A DNA stretch of 64,000 nt from Dehalococcoidia bacterium (GTDB lineage: Bacteria; Chloroflexota; Dehalococcoidia; DSTF01; JACRBR01). The DNA lies in the NCBI GenBank assembly GCA_021731085.1, contig JAKFYB010000005.1, forward strand, positions 34,357-98,356. The letters are read 5' to 3'. Within the stretch, counting starts at the first letter, position 1, and every line of letters begins with the position of its first letter. A program made the position numbers and the translations under genes. The notes under the pieces were generated by a model. The model did not search any database. It had not been told where the DNA came from and saw nothing but the letters and a program-made list of their open reading frames with translations. This document shows, piece by piece, positions 50,904 to 60,114 of this stretch.

Positions 50904-51346
50904 CAGCAGGTCGAACCCGCGTCGTAATCAGCTTCGACTCGAGAGCTTCCAATAACGGTCATGTCTATGTCGGGCATGTCGGCACCCCACCAGCCCAGCG
51001 CGATGTCCAGGATGAATGGCTCGTAGATATACTCGGCCTCGACGTCCACCGAGTCGCCGGGGCCGGGACCATCGCCTTCAAGATCGTCGTAGAAGATGCA
51101 CACATCCGCAGCTTCTACCAGATCCTGTGACTGGTCGACCGTCCGAGAGACGATAAACGCCTGATCCTCTGGGCGCGTCGCCGCAAAACGAGCACCTTCG
51201 CGAACTGCGTGCTGCAGCGTCGCTCGCCTGTTCATGGCGATGCCCACATCGAGAATCGCGAACAGGAAGAATACGAACAGGGGGAAGATGACGGCGAACT
51301 CGACCAGACCCTGGCCGAGTTCGCCGCGTGTACGTTTCTTCGTCAT
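50903..51346 (-). CDS. tadE: TadE-family pseudopilin
   Basis: GQGLVEFA...AVREGARFA. Confidence 0.9.
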   Translation of the reverse strand: MTKKRTRGELGQGLVEFAVIFPLFVFFLFAILDVGIAMNRRATLQHAVREGARFAATRPEDQAFIVSRTVDQSQDLVEAADVCIFYDDLEGDGPGPGDSVDVEAEYIYEPFILDIALGWWGADMPDIDMTVIGSSRVEADYDAGSTC

Positions 51347-51374
51347 TGGTGCCCTTGCGGCCGATCAGGATCGA

Positions 51375-51614
51375 CTAATTGATCTGGCACGCATCATCGT
51401 CGAACTCGATGCAACCCGTAATCGTGGTGGCGAACTCCTCGAAGACGTCCTCGCCGATGAAGAAGTACAGTGCGCCACCGGCCACCAGCGCGATCGCGCC
51501 GATGAGAATGGCGTACTCGAGTAGGTCCTGACCACGCTCTTCCTTGATCTTTGCGATTGCATAGCCGACCGTGTTGGTCACCCAGGCCATCGCCGACAAC
51601 ATGATGTTGCTCAC
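51375..51614 (-). CDS. flp: Flp family pilin
   Basis: EERG|QDLLEYAILIGAIALV; AGGAGG RBS before GTG. Confidence 0.9.
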   Translation of the reverse strand: MSNIMLSAMAWVTNTVGYAIAKIKEERGQDLLEYAILIGAIALVAGGALYFFIGEDVFEEFATTITGCIEFDDDACQIN

Positions 51615-51960
51615 TTCTGCAAACCCTCCTGCACTGACCAACCGGCCCGTGTGACTATCCGACACCCCGCCACCCGCGAGGGTATGTCCTTGTTCACGCG
51701 CTCCATGAGCGCTCTAAAAATCCGGGAACGAGTGCAAGGCTCTCGTTCTCCCCCTACACAACGCGACGGATATCGGCGCGTTGCGCATTGACAACAATCC
51801 AGCGGAACTTCGGTCCGCGCACGATGCCACGCAAGGCTGGACGCCGCGCGCACGCACCGTTGGATCTGCTCGATTTGAAGTGGTTATTGGGCTAGGCCCA
51901 CACCTTGCCGGAAGCACGCCACCAACGCTCAACCAGCAGCTTCGGCGGGGAAGCAGTCCG

Positions 51961-52015
51961 AACGTATCACCAGCATAAGAGGCTGTCAAGCCATTACGTT
52001 GACAAACCCCGTCAA
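51961..52015 (-). promoter_or_regulatory. flp-tad promoter with upstream palindrome
   Basis: Minus-strand TTGACA-N17-TACGTT with extended TG (51961-51989); TTGAC-N7-GTCAA at 51999-52015. Confidence 0.65.
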
Positions 52016-52130
52016 GTACGAAGACGTTCATGCAGGATGTCCTGATTCGTAACGCGGGGGTGGCGCACCAACGCCCAAAGTGGGTGCCTCGCCTGGTGTC
52101 GTTCGACAGCGGGACGGCTGTCCCTGCGAC

Positions 52131-53681
52131 CTACAATTTGTCTTTCGACGACTCCTCATCCTCCGTGTCCCGGAACTGGAACCGCCACTTCCCGATCACA
52201 ATCTCGTCGCCATCCTCCAGCCCCACCCAGTCGGCCTCATGACCCGACACATACGTCTTCCGGCTCATGCCGCCGACGTGGTGCAGCACGTAGCCACGGC
52301 CCCGAAGCCAGATGCGCGCGTGCTCCGGGGCGATACTTCCGCCGTTGTACACAAGCACGTTGCATACCCTCGGCGACGAACCGATAACGACCGGCCCCGC
52401 GCCGATCGGTATCACTCGCCCCTCGCCGCCGCGCTCTACGAGCCGCCCCGACCCATGCTCTTCTGCGACGGCCGCCGCCTTCGCATGCTCCGCCGCCTTG
52501 TACGATCCCGTGGCACGAGGAACGCCCTGCGCGGTCGCCAGACGGACGTTGGGCTCGACGACCGCCTTCTGGCGCGCCTCTTCTCGGCGGTGCGCGCGCA
52601 GTCGCCGGAAACCAACTGCCCCGCCTCCAGCTACCGCCAGCGCCGCTACGCCCAGCAGCCCGTACATGATTACATCGCTCGCGCCATCCTCCGAGCCTGA
52701 CTCCCCTGGCACTTCTGGCACGGCCTCCGGTTCGCTTTCGTCAGGTGACGCCGCCAGGACACCGCGCTGGAATCGCCCCACCGCCGACGCCGGCGTCGTG
52801 CCTACAAACGCTATCACCTGGGCTGAGCCTTCGCCCGCGTCCGCTGGCATGGTGGCCATGGCTGTCACGACGTACTGGCTGCGCAGTAATGTCGACAGCT
52901 CTCCGTATACTTCGCCGATCGTTCCGGTTGTTGCCTCGCGGTACGCGCCTCGCGTCATATCAGCAATTTGTTGCAGGTAGACCGGATCCGACAGATCGCC
53001 GAATGCGATTGGATAGACCGGGATCCCCGACCCACTCGCGATCGCCTGCGAGACCTCGCTCGTCGCGTCCGATGCCTGTGTGTCATTTTCGCCGTCTGAC
53101 AGCAGGACAACAGACGCCCGCGAACCGTCGGCGGCCGCCGAGGCAGCAAGGAACGTACTCACCTGCACAGCCTCAAAGAGCGCCGTGCCACCGACCGCCT
53201 CAAGGTTCGCGATCGCATCTGATAGGGCGCCTTTGTCCTCCGTCAGCCCCACCACCGGGGTCACTTCATCGCTAAAGGAGACCAGCGCCGCGCGGTCATT
53301 CGGACCCAGGCTCTCGATAAACTCAATCGCCGCCGCCTTCGCGCTCGCAAGCGGCTCCCCCACCATGCTGCCTGAGACATCAATCGTGACGACGACATCG
53401 AGCCGCATGTCCTCGTCTTGCGCAGCAACAGCCTCCAGGATTTCGAGCTGCGTCCCTTCGTCGTACACCTGGAACTGCGAAGGCACGAGTCCAGCCACCG
53501 GAAGGCCGTTGCCATCGACAACAGTGACTACGGCTCGTAGCTCCGGGTACAGCGAAGCATCGAGCTGATTAATCGTGAGCGTGGCCGCTCCGTCCTGGGC
53601 GCGCGCCGCCGGTTGGAGACCAGACAACGCGGCTGCCAGACACAGGCTGAGGGCCAACAGCGCCAACAGACGTACTCGCAT
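52131..53681 (-). CDS. Membrane protein: extracellular vWA + TM + cytoplasmic FHA
   Basis: Signal peptide; DVSGSM, LLSDG; TM; IAPEHARI, LEDGDEIVIG. Confidence 0.88.
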   Translation of the reverse strand: MRVRLLALLALSLCLAAALSGLQPAARAQDGAATLTINQLDASLYPELRAVVTVVDGNGLPVAGLVPSQFQVYDEGTQLEILEAVAAQDEDMRLDVVVTIDVSGSMVGEPLASAKAAAIEFIESLGPNDRAALVSFSDEVTPVVGLTEDKGALSDAIANLEAVGGTALFEAVQVSTFLAASAAADGSRASVVLLSDGENDTQASDATSEVSQAIASGSGIPVYPIAFGDLSDPVYLQQIADMTRGAYREATTGTIGEVYGELSTLLRSQYVVTAMATMPADAGEGSAQVIAFVGTTPASAVGRFQRGVLAASPDESEPEAVPEVPGESGSEDGASDVIMYGLLGVAALAVAGGGAVGFRRLRAHRREEARQKAVVEPNVRLATAQGVPRATGSYKAAEHAKAAAVAEEHGSGRLVERGGEGRVIPIGAGPVVIGSSPRVCNVLVYNGGSIAPEHARIWLRGRGYVLHHVGGMSRKTYVSGHEADWVGLEDGDEIVIGKWRFQFRDTEDEESSKDKL

Positions 53682-53796
53682 AGATAGTGTCCAGCGTACA
53701 AGGGCGGGTTGGATTGTTGCGAGCCTCACGCGGGCATCGACGGCCCAAACGTCAACATTGCGTCAACTTTTTGCCGTGAGCGTCTGGGGCCCCTCG

Positions 53797-54945
53797 TCAG
53801 GGCGCATCGTCGTTCGTGAGGATGAGTGTGCCAGCTGCGTGGAACATGCCGCCGACGCCGTGCGCGATGCTCGTCCGAACGTTCGGAAGCTGTGCCGCTG
53901 CTTCCCCTCGGAGCTGTCGCATCGACTCCTGGATCGCGAACATGCCGTACATGCCCGTGTGCGTGTAGCTCAGGCCACCGCCGTTGGTGTTCAGCGGGAA
54001 GTCGCCTCCCGGTGCCGTCCGCATCTCTTCGAAGAACGGCCCGCTCTCGCCCTTCCCGACGAAGCCCAGCGCCTCCAGTGCGAACATTGGCGTGTGCGCA
54101 AACGCGTCGTAGAACATCGCGTGGTCGATGTCCTTGTGGGCGATCTTCGCCTCGTCGAATGCCAGCTTGCCCGACACCTTGAATGCCCGCGACTCCGTGA
54201 AGTCGTGCATCATCGAGATCATCGAGTGCTCGGTCGACTCGCCCGTGCCCATGATATACACCGGCTTCTTCGGGAAGTCCTTCGCGCGCTCCGCTGACAC
54301 GACGATCAGGGCACCGCCACCATCCGTCACAAGGCAGCACTCGAAGAGGTGGATCGGGTATGCGATCATTCGCGAATTGAGTACATCCTCGACCGTGATT
54401 GGATCGCGCATCATCGCGCGCGGGTTCTTCTCCGCCCACCGGCGCGTTGCGACCGCCACGGACGCGAGTTGTTCGTGAGTCGTGCCGTACTCGTGCATGT
54501 GGCGCAGGATGGGCACCGTAAAGCGCGTCGGCGGTCCGGCAACACCGAACACTTCTTCGAACTGCGACCCGACGTTCTGCGGCGCGCGTCCCCAACCCGA
54601 CATTCCGACGCGCGAGCGCCCGCTCTCGCCGTGCGTGATCAGCGCCACGCTGCAGAGCCCCGCCTTGATCGCCGCCGCAGCATGACGCACGTGCAGCATG
54701 TACGAACAGCCGCCAACGCTCGTCCCATCAACATACGTCGGCGTGATGCCGAGATACTCCGCCACCTGCACCGGCGACTGACCGGCGCAGAGCACGCCGT
54801 CGACGTCGTCCTTCGTCAGGCCAGCATCTGCGAGCGCGTTGAACGCCGCTTCAGCGTGAAGCTGGATCGCTGACTTGTCCGGCTGGATGGCGACGCTGTC
54901 CGTCTCCGCCGCGCCAACGATGGCCACACTCATCCTGAGACTCAC
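53797..54945 (-). CDS. Thiolase-like (SCP-x/lipid-transfer type) protein
   Basis: CCLVTDGGGA, YDAF, NTNGGGLS; GTGA overlap with the DUF35 gene. Confidence 0.9.
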   Translation of the reverse strand: MSLRMSVAIVGAAETDSVAIQPDKSAIQLHAEAAFNALADAGLTKDDVDGVLCAGQSPVQVAEYLGITPTYVDGTSVGGCSYMLHVRHAAAAIKAGLCSVALITHGESGRSRVGMSGWGRAPQNVGSQFEEVFGVAGPPTRFTVPILRHMHEYGTTHEQLASVAVATRRWAEKNPRAMMRDPITVEDVLNSRMIAYPIHLFECCLVTDGGGALIVVSAERAKDFPKKPVYIMGTGESTEHSMISMMHDFTESRAFKVSGKLAFDEAKIAHKDIDHAMFYDAFAHTPMFALEALGFVGKGESGPFFEEMRTAPGGDFPLNTNGGGLSYTHTGMYGMFAIQESMRQLRGEAAAQLPNVRTSIAHGVGGMFHAAGTLILTNDDAP

Positions 54946-55355
54946 GCGACCCCCTGGGGCTTGAACAATGGGATTGTTATTTCGTCGGTGAGCTTCTCCC
55001 ACGTCACCTCTACAGGCAGATCGATGGGGAGGTTCTCGGGCGTCGCTTCGATGCCGACGATGTTCGTCATCATTCGCGGCCCTTCGTCGAGCTGGACGAC
55101 GGCGATCACGTAAGGCGTAATGTCGTCGAAACCATACGCCGCGCGGTGATTAATAACGTAAGAGTAGAGCTTTCCTTTACCCGAGGCCGTGAACCACTCG
55201 ACGTCCTTCGACGAGCAGTTCGGGCAGAAGGGCCGCGGGAAGAAGTATGCCTTCCCACACGAGCGGCAGCGCTGGATGCGAAGCTCGCCGCGGCGCGCGC
55301 CGTCCCAGTACTCCGCCGTCTCAGGCGTGGCTTGAGGTATCGGTCGTTTCGGCAT
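54942..55355 (-). CDS. DUF35 Zn-ribbon/OB-fold protein
   Basis: QRCRSCG...FCPNC, ASGKGKLYSY, LDEGPRM. Confidence 0.92.
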   Translation of the reverse strand: MPKRPIPQATPETAEYWDGARRGELRIQRCRSCGKAYFFPRPFCPNCSSKDVEWFTASGKGKLYSYVINHRAAYGFDDITPYVIAVVQLDEGPRMMTNIVGIEATPENLPIDLPVEVTWEKLTDEITIPLFKPQGVA

Positions 55356-55447
55356 AGCTGCGGGGCTGAGTATGCCGCACCCATCCGTACGCGCCAGTTG
55401 ACGTGAGCGTTAGGGATCGAGCGACGCTTCTTGTAGAATCGCTTCCT

Positions 55448-56539
55448 ATGACTGCAATCTGGAAGAACGACGGCGACGGCTGGAGTCTGCTCTCGCCAGC
55501 AGGATTCCCCGATGAGGCCGCCCTGCACCGACTCATTGGCGACGAGCCACAATTACTCCCGCTCGCGGGGTCTCCCCAACTCACGGTTCTCGGCAGCGAA
55601 GTTCTGTTGGGTAACGGATACGCGGATCTCATTGCGATTGAGCCGTCGGGCCGTGTCGTCGTGATCGAGGTGAAGCTTGCTCGCAACTCGGAGGCACGCC
55701 GAGCCGTAGTTGCGCAGGTGCTGACATATGCGGCCTTCCTCCGGGGAATGGATCCGGATCGGTTCGAGAAGGAAATCCTCCAGCAGCATCTCCAGAAGAG
55801 CGGTCACGTTTCGCTCGCGGACGCTGTCGCCGAAGACATCCAAGGCGCCGCATTCGATAGAGCGGTGTTCGACAGCGGACTAAAGGCAAGCCTGGCCGAC
55901 GGCCGCTTCCGACTCGTGCTGGTGCTCGACGAGGCACCCCAAGAGCTCGTGCGACTTGTCGGCTACCTCGCGGTGATCGCGGAGAAGGTCATTATCGATC
56001 TGGTGACTGTTTCCTCATACGACGTGGGTAGCTCTCGAGTCTTGGTTCCCCAGAGAGTAGATCCCGAGTATCAACCTGCAGACTCGCCTCGATCCTTCGT
56101 TCAAAGCACAACTGCGAGCACCGTTGAAGGCCCTGCTGAATTCGACGAAGAAATCGCGAAGACGGACGGTGAGTTGCGTGTCCTGCTGGTTGCTTTGAGA
56201 GATTGGGCAGTGGCTCTACACGCAGAGAACGTGATTCGATTGCAGACCTACCGTGGCAAGAGTGACCTTATCACGTTGCTCCCTCGCCTGAGGCCAGATA
56301 ACGCGGGGCTCGTTTGCGTCTACTTCTATCCAGAGAGAAAGAGCCTTGGCCTTGAGATGTACCGAAGTGCGTTTGAAAGGCGTTGTCCTGAAGCAATCCC
56401 TGTCATCGAGGAAATCCTCGGGGAGCCGATGTCAGCGAAGCCGTGGGTGAAGGAAAAGCTCCCCCTGTTGTACACAAGGCTGCTTCCTGCGCTCACAGAC
56501 GCTTACCGCACCGCCGCGCGAGGTAGGGTCTCCAATTAA
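55448..56539 (+). CDS. PD-(D/E)xK nuclease (NucS/DUF91-like)
   Basis: ADLIAIEPSGRVVVIEVK...AQVLTYA. Confidence 0.8.
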   Translation: MTAIWKNDGDGWSLLSPAGFPDEAALHRLIGDEPQLLPLAGSPQLTVLGSEVLLGNGYADLIAIEPSGRVVVIEVKLARNSEARRAVVAQVLTYAAFLRGMDPDRFEKEILQQHLQKSGHVSLADAVAEDIQGAAFDRAVFDSGLKASLADGRFRLVLVLDEAPQELVRLVGYLAVIAEKVIIDLVTVSSYDVGSSRVLVPQRVDPEYQPADSPRSFVQSTTASTVEGPAEFDEEIAKTDGELRVLLVALRDWAVALHAENVIRLQTYRGKSDLITLLPRLRPDNAGLVCVYFYPERKSLGLEMYRSAFERRCPEAIPVIEEILGEPMSAKPWVKEKLPLLYTRLLPALTDAYRTAARGRVSN

Positions 56540-56547
56540 TACTCCTC

Positions 56548-57999
56548 CTACCGTTCGAGGAACCGCGCCAACGATCGCGCCGCACGGTCGACCGTCGGAT
56601 ACACCGCGAGCTGCGCATCGATGAACCGCTGGCGGCCGCCGGCCACCGCACGCCACTTCGACTCGTCGAGCGAGTCCGCCTCCCCTAGCACGAAGGCCAG
56701 CGGCTTCTGCGACTTCTTCCCGATCTCGACGAAGCGGTCGACGAGCGTCACCATGCGTTCGGCCGCGTCCGGCCGTCCCAGCACCCAGTCCTCGCCCACA
56801 TTCCCGATCAGTGCATCGAAGTCCGGGTGTTCCAGCATCATGTCGAGGATGCGCGCGCCCGAGAACCCGCTGCCTGCCAGGATCGACTGGTCGACCGGAT
56901 TGTCGACCCAGTCCGCAAGCTGCGGTGCCTTCGCCCGCAACGCCTCACGCATCTCCGATGGCAGCTTCGGCACCGCCAGCCCCGCCTCTTCGCAGACGTC
57001 CGCCGACTGCACCGCCCGCCCACCACCGCCGCCGACCACGCCGACACGCGGCTTCGCGGCTGGCGAGGGCGCCCGTCCTCCTGCCCTGCTGTCTGCTGTC
57101 TGCTGTCTGCTCTCGTTCCGCAGGAACGCGAATGCGACGAGCATGTCGATCAGGTCGTCGAACGTCGTGACCTCGACCGCGCCCGCTTGCTTCAGCGCCG
57201 CCGACCAGATCTGCCGCTGCCCGGCCAGCGCCGCCGTGTGCGACGCTGCCGTCCGCGAGCCCGATGACGTGCGCCCGCCCTTCAGGATGACCACCGGTTT
57301 CCGCTCCGAGCACTTCCGAAGCGCCGCGAAGAGCTTGCGGCCATCGCGCGTGCCTTCGATATAGGCGCCGACGACGGTCGTCTCGTCGTCGTCCGCCAGG
57401 TACTCGAAGAAGTCGGCTTCTGTGATGTCCAGCGCGTTGCCGTAGCTGACGACCTTGCTGAAGCGGAGACCGCGCGCCGCCCCGTGCAGCATTAGCTCGA
57501 CCGAATTGTTGCCGCTCTGCGAGATGAAGGCGACGCCCCCCTTCTCGCGCGGCAGGTCCGGCCGAAACGACAGCCCGCTCGTCGAGTCGAAGACACCCAT
57601 GCAGTTCGGCCCGACGAGCCGTATGCCAGCATCGGCCGCCGCCTGCATCACCTTCGCCTCAAGCGCGATCGCGTCCGCCTCGCCCGTCTCCGAGAAGCGG
57701 CCCGTAAACATGATGATCGTGCGGACGTTCTTCGTCCGGCATTGCTCAATGAGTTCGAGCACGCCATCCGCCGGGATGCACGAGATGACCAGGTCGATGT
57801 CGGTAGGCGCGGCAGCGACGGATGCGTACGCCGTTAGCCCCGCGATCTCGGGCGCCTTGAGGTTGATCGGGTAGATCGACCCCTCGAACCCGCCCTCCTT
57901 TATCGCCCTCACATAGTCATACCCCGGGCTATCGACGTTCGACGACGCGCCTGCAACGGCGACGCTCTTCGGGCGGAAGACTTCGTGTGGAATAGGCAT
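56548..57999 (-). CDS. Acyl-CoA synthetase (NDP-forming) alpha-type, CoA-binding protein
   Basis: PKSVAVAGAS, VGPNCMG, SQSG, ASHTAALAG, NPVD. Confidence 0.92.
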   Translation of the reverse strand: MPIPHEVFRPKSVAVAGASSNVDSPGYDYVRAIKEGGFEGSIYPINLKAPEIAGLTAYASVAAAPTDIDLVISCIPADGVLELIEQCRTKNVRTIIMFTGRFSETGEADAIALEAKVMQAAADAGIRLVGPNCMGVFDSTSGLSFRPDLPREKGGVAFISQSGNNSVELMLHGAARGLRFSKVVSYGNALDITEADFFEYLADDDETTVVGAYIEGTRDGRKLFAALRKCSERKPVVILKGGRTSSGSRTAASHTAALAGQRQIWSAALKQAGAVEVTTFDDLIDMLVAFAFLRNESRQQTADSRAGGRAPSPAAKPRVGVVGGGGGRAVQSADVCEEAGLAVPKLPSEMREALRAKAPQLADWVDNPVDQSILAGSGFSGARILDMMLEHPDFDALIGNVGEDWVLGRPDAAERMVTLVDRFVEIGKKSQKPLAFVLGEADSLDESKWRAVAGGRQRFIDAQLAVYPTVDRAARSLARFLER

Positions 58000-58061
58000 G
58001 TCAGTAGGTTACAGGTGACGGGTTACTGGTTACAGGCGTGCTTGAGACCCTCTATGACCGG

Positions 58062-58433
58062 TCACCGCCGGTTGTAGAACTCGACCGACCAGCGCCACTC
58101 GCTGCCGTCGTCGGCGTTCCACCACGCCGTTAGCACGCCCGCCTCGCCGCCCGGCAGGATGACGACGGTCCCGATGTCATTCTCCGACGGCCAGCGGTCC
58201 TCGCGGGTGACGACGCCGTCGGCTCGCGAAAGCCGTGTCATCGGCAGGTACTTCCCGTCGCGCTCGATACGGTCGGCGAAAGCGAGCCGCTGGCCATCGT
58301 CGTCGCGGACCTCGATGCGCAGCGTGTCCGGCGCCGCGTGCAGCCAGACCACGTCGTGAGCGTCGATCCGCGCGCGTGCGACAAGCAGTCCTTGCGCGCC
58401 GCCCTTCGGGTACCAGATGTCCCATACTTCCAT
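58062..58433 (-). CDS. Conserved-looking hypothetical protein
   Basis: In-operon 123-aa ORF; VVILPGGEAGVL..WWNA..GSEWRW. Confidence 0.7.
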   Translation of the reverse strand: MEVWDIWYPKGGAQGLLVARARIDAHDVVWLHAAPDTLRIEVRDDDGQRLAFADRIERDGKYLPMTRLSRADGVVTREDRWPSENDIGTVVILPGGEAGVLTAWWNADDGSEWRWSVEFYNRR

Positions 58434-58437
58434 TCGC

Positions 58438-59562
58438 CTACTCCAGCACCAAACGCGCCGCGATCTCGACAGCGTGCTCCGGGTATTTCTCCGCGAACGC
58501 GACCAGAAGCCCGAAGCAGCCGCTGATCATCATGTCGCCATGCGGCGTTGCGAAGTACGGCGCCAGCGATGACCCTCGGATCTTCGATCGCTGCGGCCCC
58601 GTCACCGCGACAATGTCCGGCGACGGTCTGCTGTCTGTTGTTTGTTGCTTGCTCTGTTCGGAGTAGAAGACGCCGTGCCCCTTCGAGCCGAACACTTCCT
58701 CATGCATAAGCTCGCCCGTGATCAATCGCGACGTGAAGTCCGTGATCTGCTCCGCCGTCATCTCGCCGGTGTGATGCTCGTATAGCGAGATGATGTGCGT
58801 GCCCATCAGGTGGAAGGCCAGCGCATGCATGTTGCCGAGATTCAGCACGAGCTGCACACGCGCATCGCTGACACGCCCGTCCTGCAGCGCACCGAGCGCC
58901 GCCGCCGGTCCCGTGTCGAGGAACACCAGCGGTGTGTCGTCCGCATCCTGAGTCGCCGCCGTCGCCATCATCGTGCGGGCGCGCGTGAGATAGTCGGGGA
59001 TCTCGTCCGGCAGCATGGCGAACGCGCGCAAATCGTTGCGCTTCTCGACGACGCGCTTCAGGTGGTCGAAGCGAAACAACCGGTCGCTGTCGCCGGGCGG
59101 CGCCGCACCGTGATCGAGGCACGCCAGCGCGATCCCGTCGAAGTGCGGCGATACATCGAACGCGGCGAGCGCAGCGCGGATCGCAGGCAGGTCGAGATCT
59201 TGCAACACGACACGATCGGCGTCGGCGATGCTCGTCGCTTCGTCATCGCTAACAACCGTGATGCCCATCGCCGCGACCTGGTCGAGATCGTCGTCGAATG
59301 TGCGCGCGGCCTCCTGCGTTGTGTACGCTGCGTATCCCGCACGGAGGTGGTCGTCGAGCGCCCAGTGGCAGGGCCCGCCGCCCTGCGTCACGCCCGTCAG
59401 CACGACGGGTCGCCCGGCCGCCGTCGCGCGCCGGATGCGGCCTTCGGCGATCTTCGTCGCCGACGGCATGACCAGCTTGATGCAGTTCTCGACCGGCCCG
59501 CTGGAGTCGAACAGGAGGATGTCCTGCGTGCCGGTGCCCATGTCGATGGCGAGAATCTTCAC
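58438..59562 (-). CDS. DUF1786-family (ASKHA-like) protein
   Basis: ILAIDMGTGTQDILL, DTGPAAALGAL, NLGNMH, YEHHT, PHGDMMISGCFGL. Confidence 0.85.
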   Translation of the reverse strand: MKILAIDMGTGTQDILLFDSSGPVENCIKLVMPSATKIAEGRIRRATAAGRPVVLTGVTQGGGPCHWALDDHLRAGYAAYTTQEAARTFDDDLDQVAAMGITVVSDDEATSIADADRVVLQDLDLPAIRAALAAFDVSPHFDGIALACLDHGAAPPGDSDRLFRFDHLKRVVEKRNDLRAFAMLPDEIPDYLTRARTMMATAATQDADDTPLVFLDTGPAAALGALQDGRVSDARVQLVLNLGNMHALAFHLMGTHIISLYEHHTGEMTAEQITDFTSRLITGELMHEEVFGSKGHGVFYSEQSKQQTTDSRPSPDIVAVTGPQRSKIRGSSLAPYFATPHGDMMISGCFGLLVAFAEKYPEHAVEIAARLVLE

Positions 59563-59593
59563 GCCCGAAGGTTACTGCCTTGGCGCCGAAGAA

Positions 59594-59620
59594 TGTCATT
59601 CTGAGCAAAGCGAAGAATCT
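59594..59620. repeat. REP-like interspersed element
   Basis: TGTCATTCTGAGCAAAGCGAAGAATCT resembles, from memory, a widespread GTCATTCTGAGC..GCGAAGAATC repeat; single copy in this window. Confidence 0.45.
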
Positions 59621-59793
59621 TCGTCGAGCGCCGCCACACCAACATGCGATGGCGCCACCAATTACCTCACTACGACCCAGCCGATCCTCTGTGCCTCTGC
59701 GTTTCCCGTCAAAGCGCCGGGAAGGTGGCTAGCGGCAGGGACAGGCGCGGCGCTTTGTCGCAGGGTTTTAACCTCATGCGGGGCACTTCTTAA

Positions 59794-59823
59794 TTGACAC
59801 AGATTCCGACACGTACGTATGAT
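59794..59823 (+). promoter_or_regulatory. sigma70-type promoter for the surface-protein gene
   Basis: TTGACA-N18-TATGAT. Confidence 0.6.
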
Positions 59824-60114
59824 CCCTTCACATACAGAGTAGAATTGCCCAGGGTCCGGAAACGGCCCCGCCGGCCCCGCTGAAGGTGGCACTTCGGAAC
59901 GCCGGGAGCTCCATTCACGGCTCAGTTTGAAGCAGGGACGCTGCGCACCGCACGGAAGCGGGCGGCCAGAAGCAGAAGTGAAATCCGCCGGGGGGAGCGC
60001 GGCCAGTACTGGCGTGCGTCTCTTAGTCTGCGTCCCGCCACGCGCAGAGATGGTCACAGCTAGCGCAACGGCGCCGGAATCCGGGCGTTTGACAACGTGA
60101 AGGGTGTTCGAAGC

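Noticed and set aside
59860-59920. c-di-GMP-II riboswitch (TGAAG..GGCACTT..GAGC)
   Set aside because: The spacing leaves no P3 stem and the downstream AGTGC pseudoknot partner is absent.
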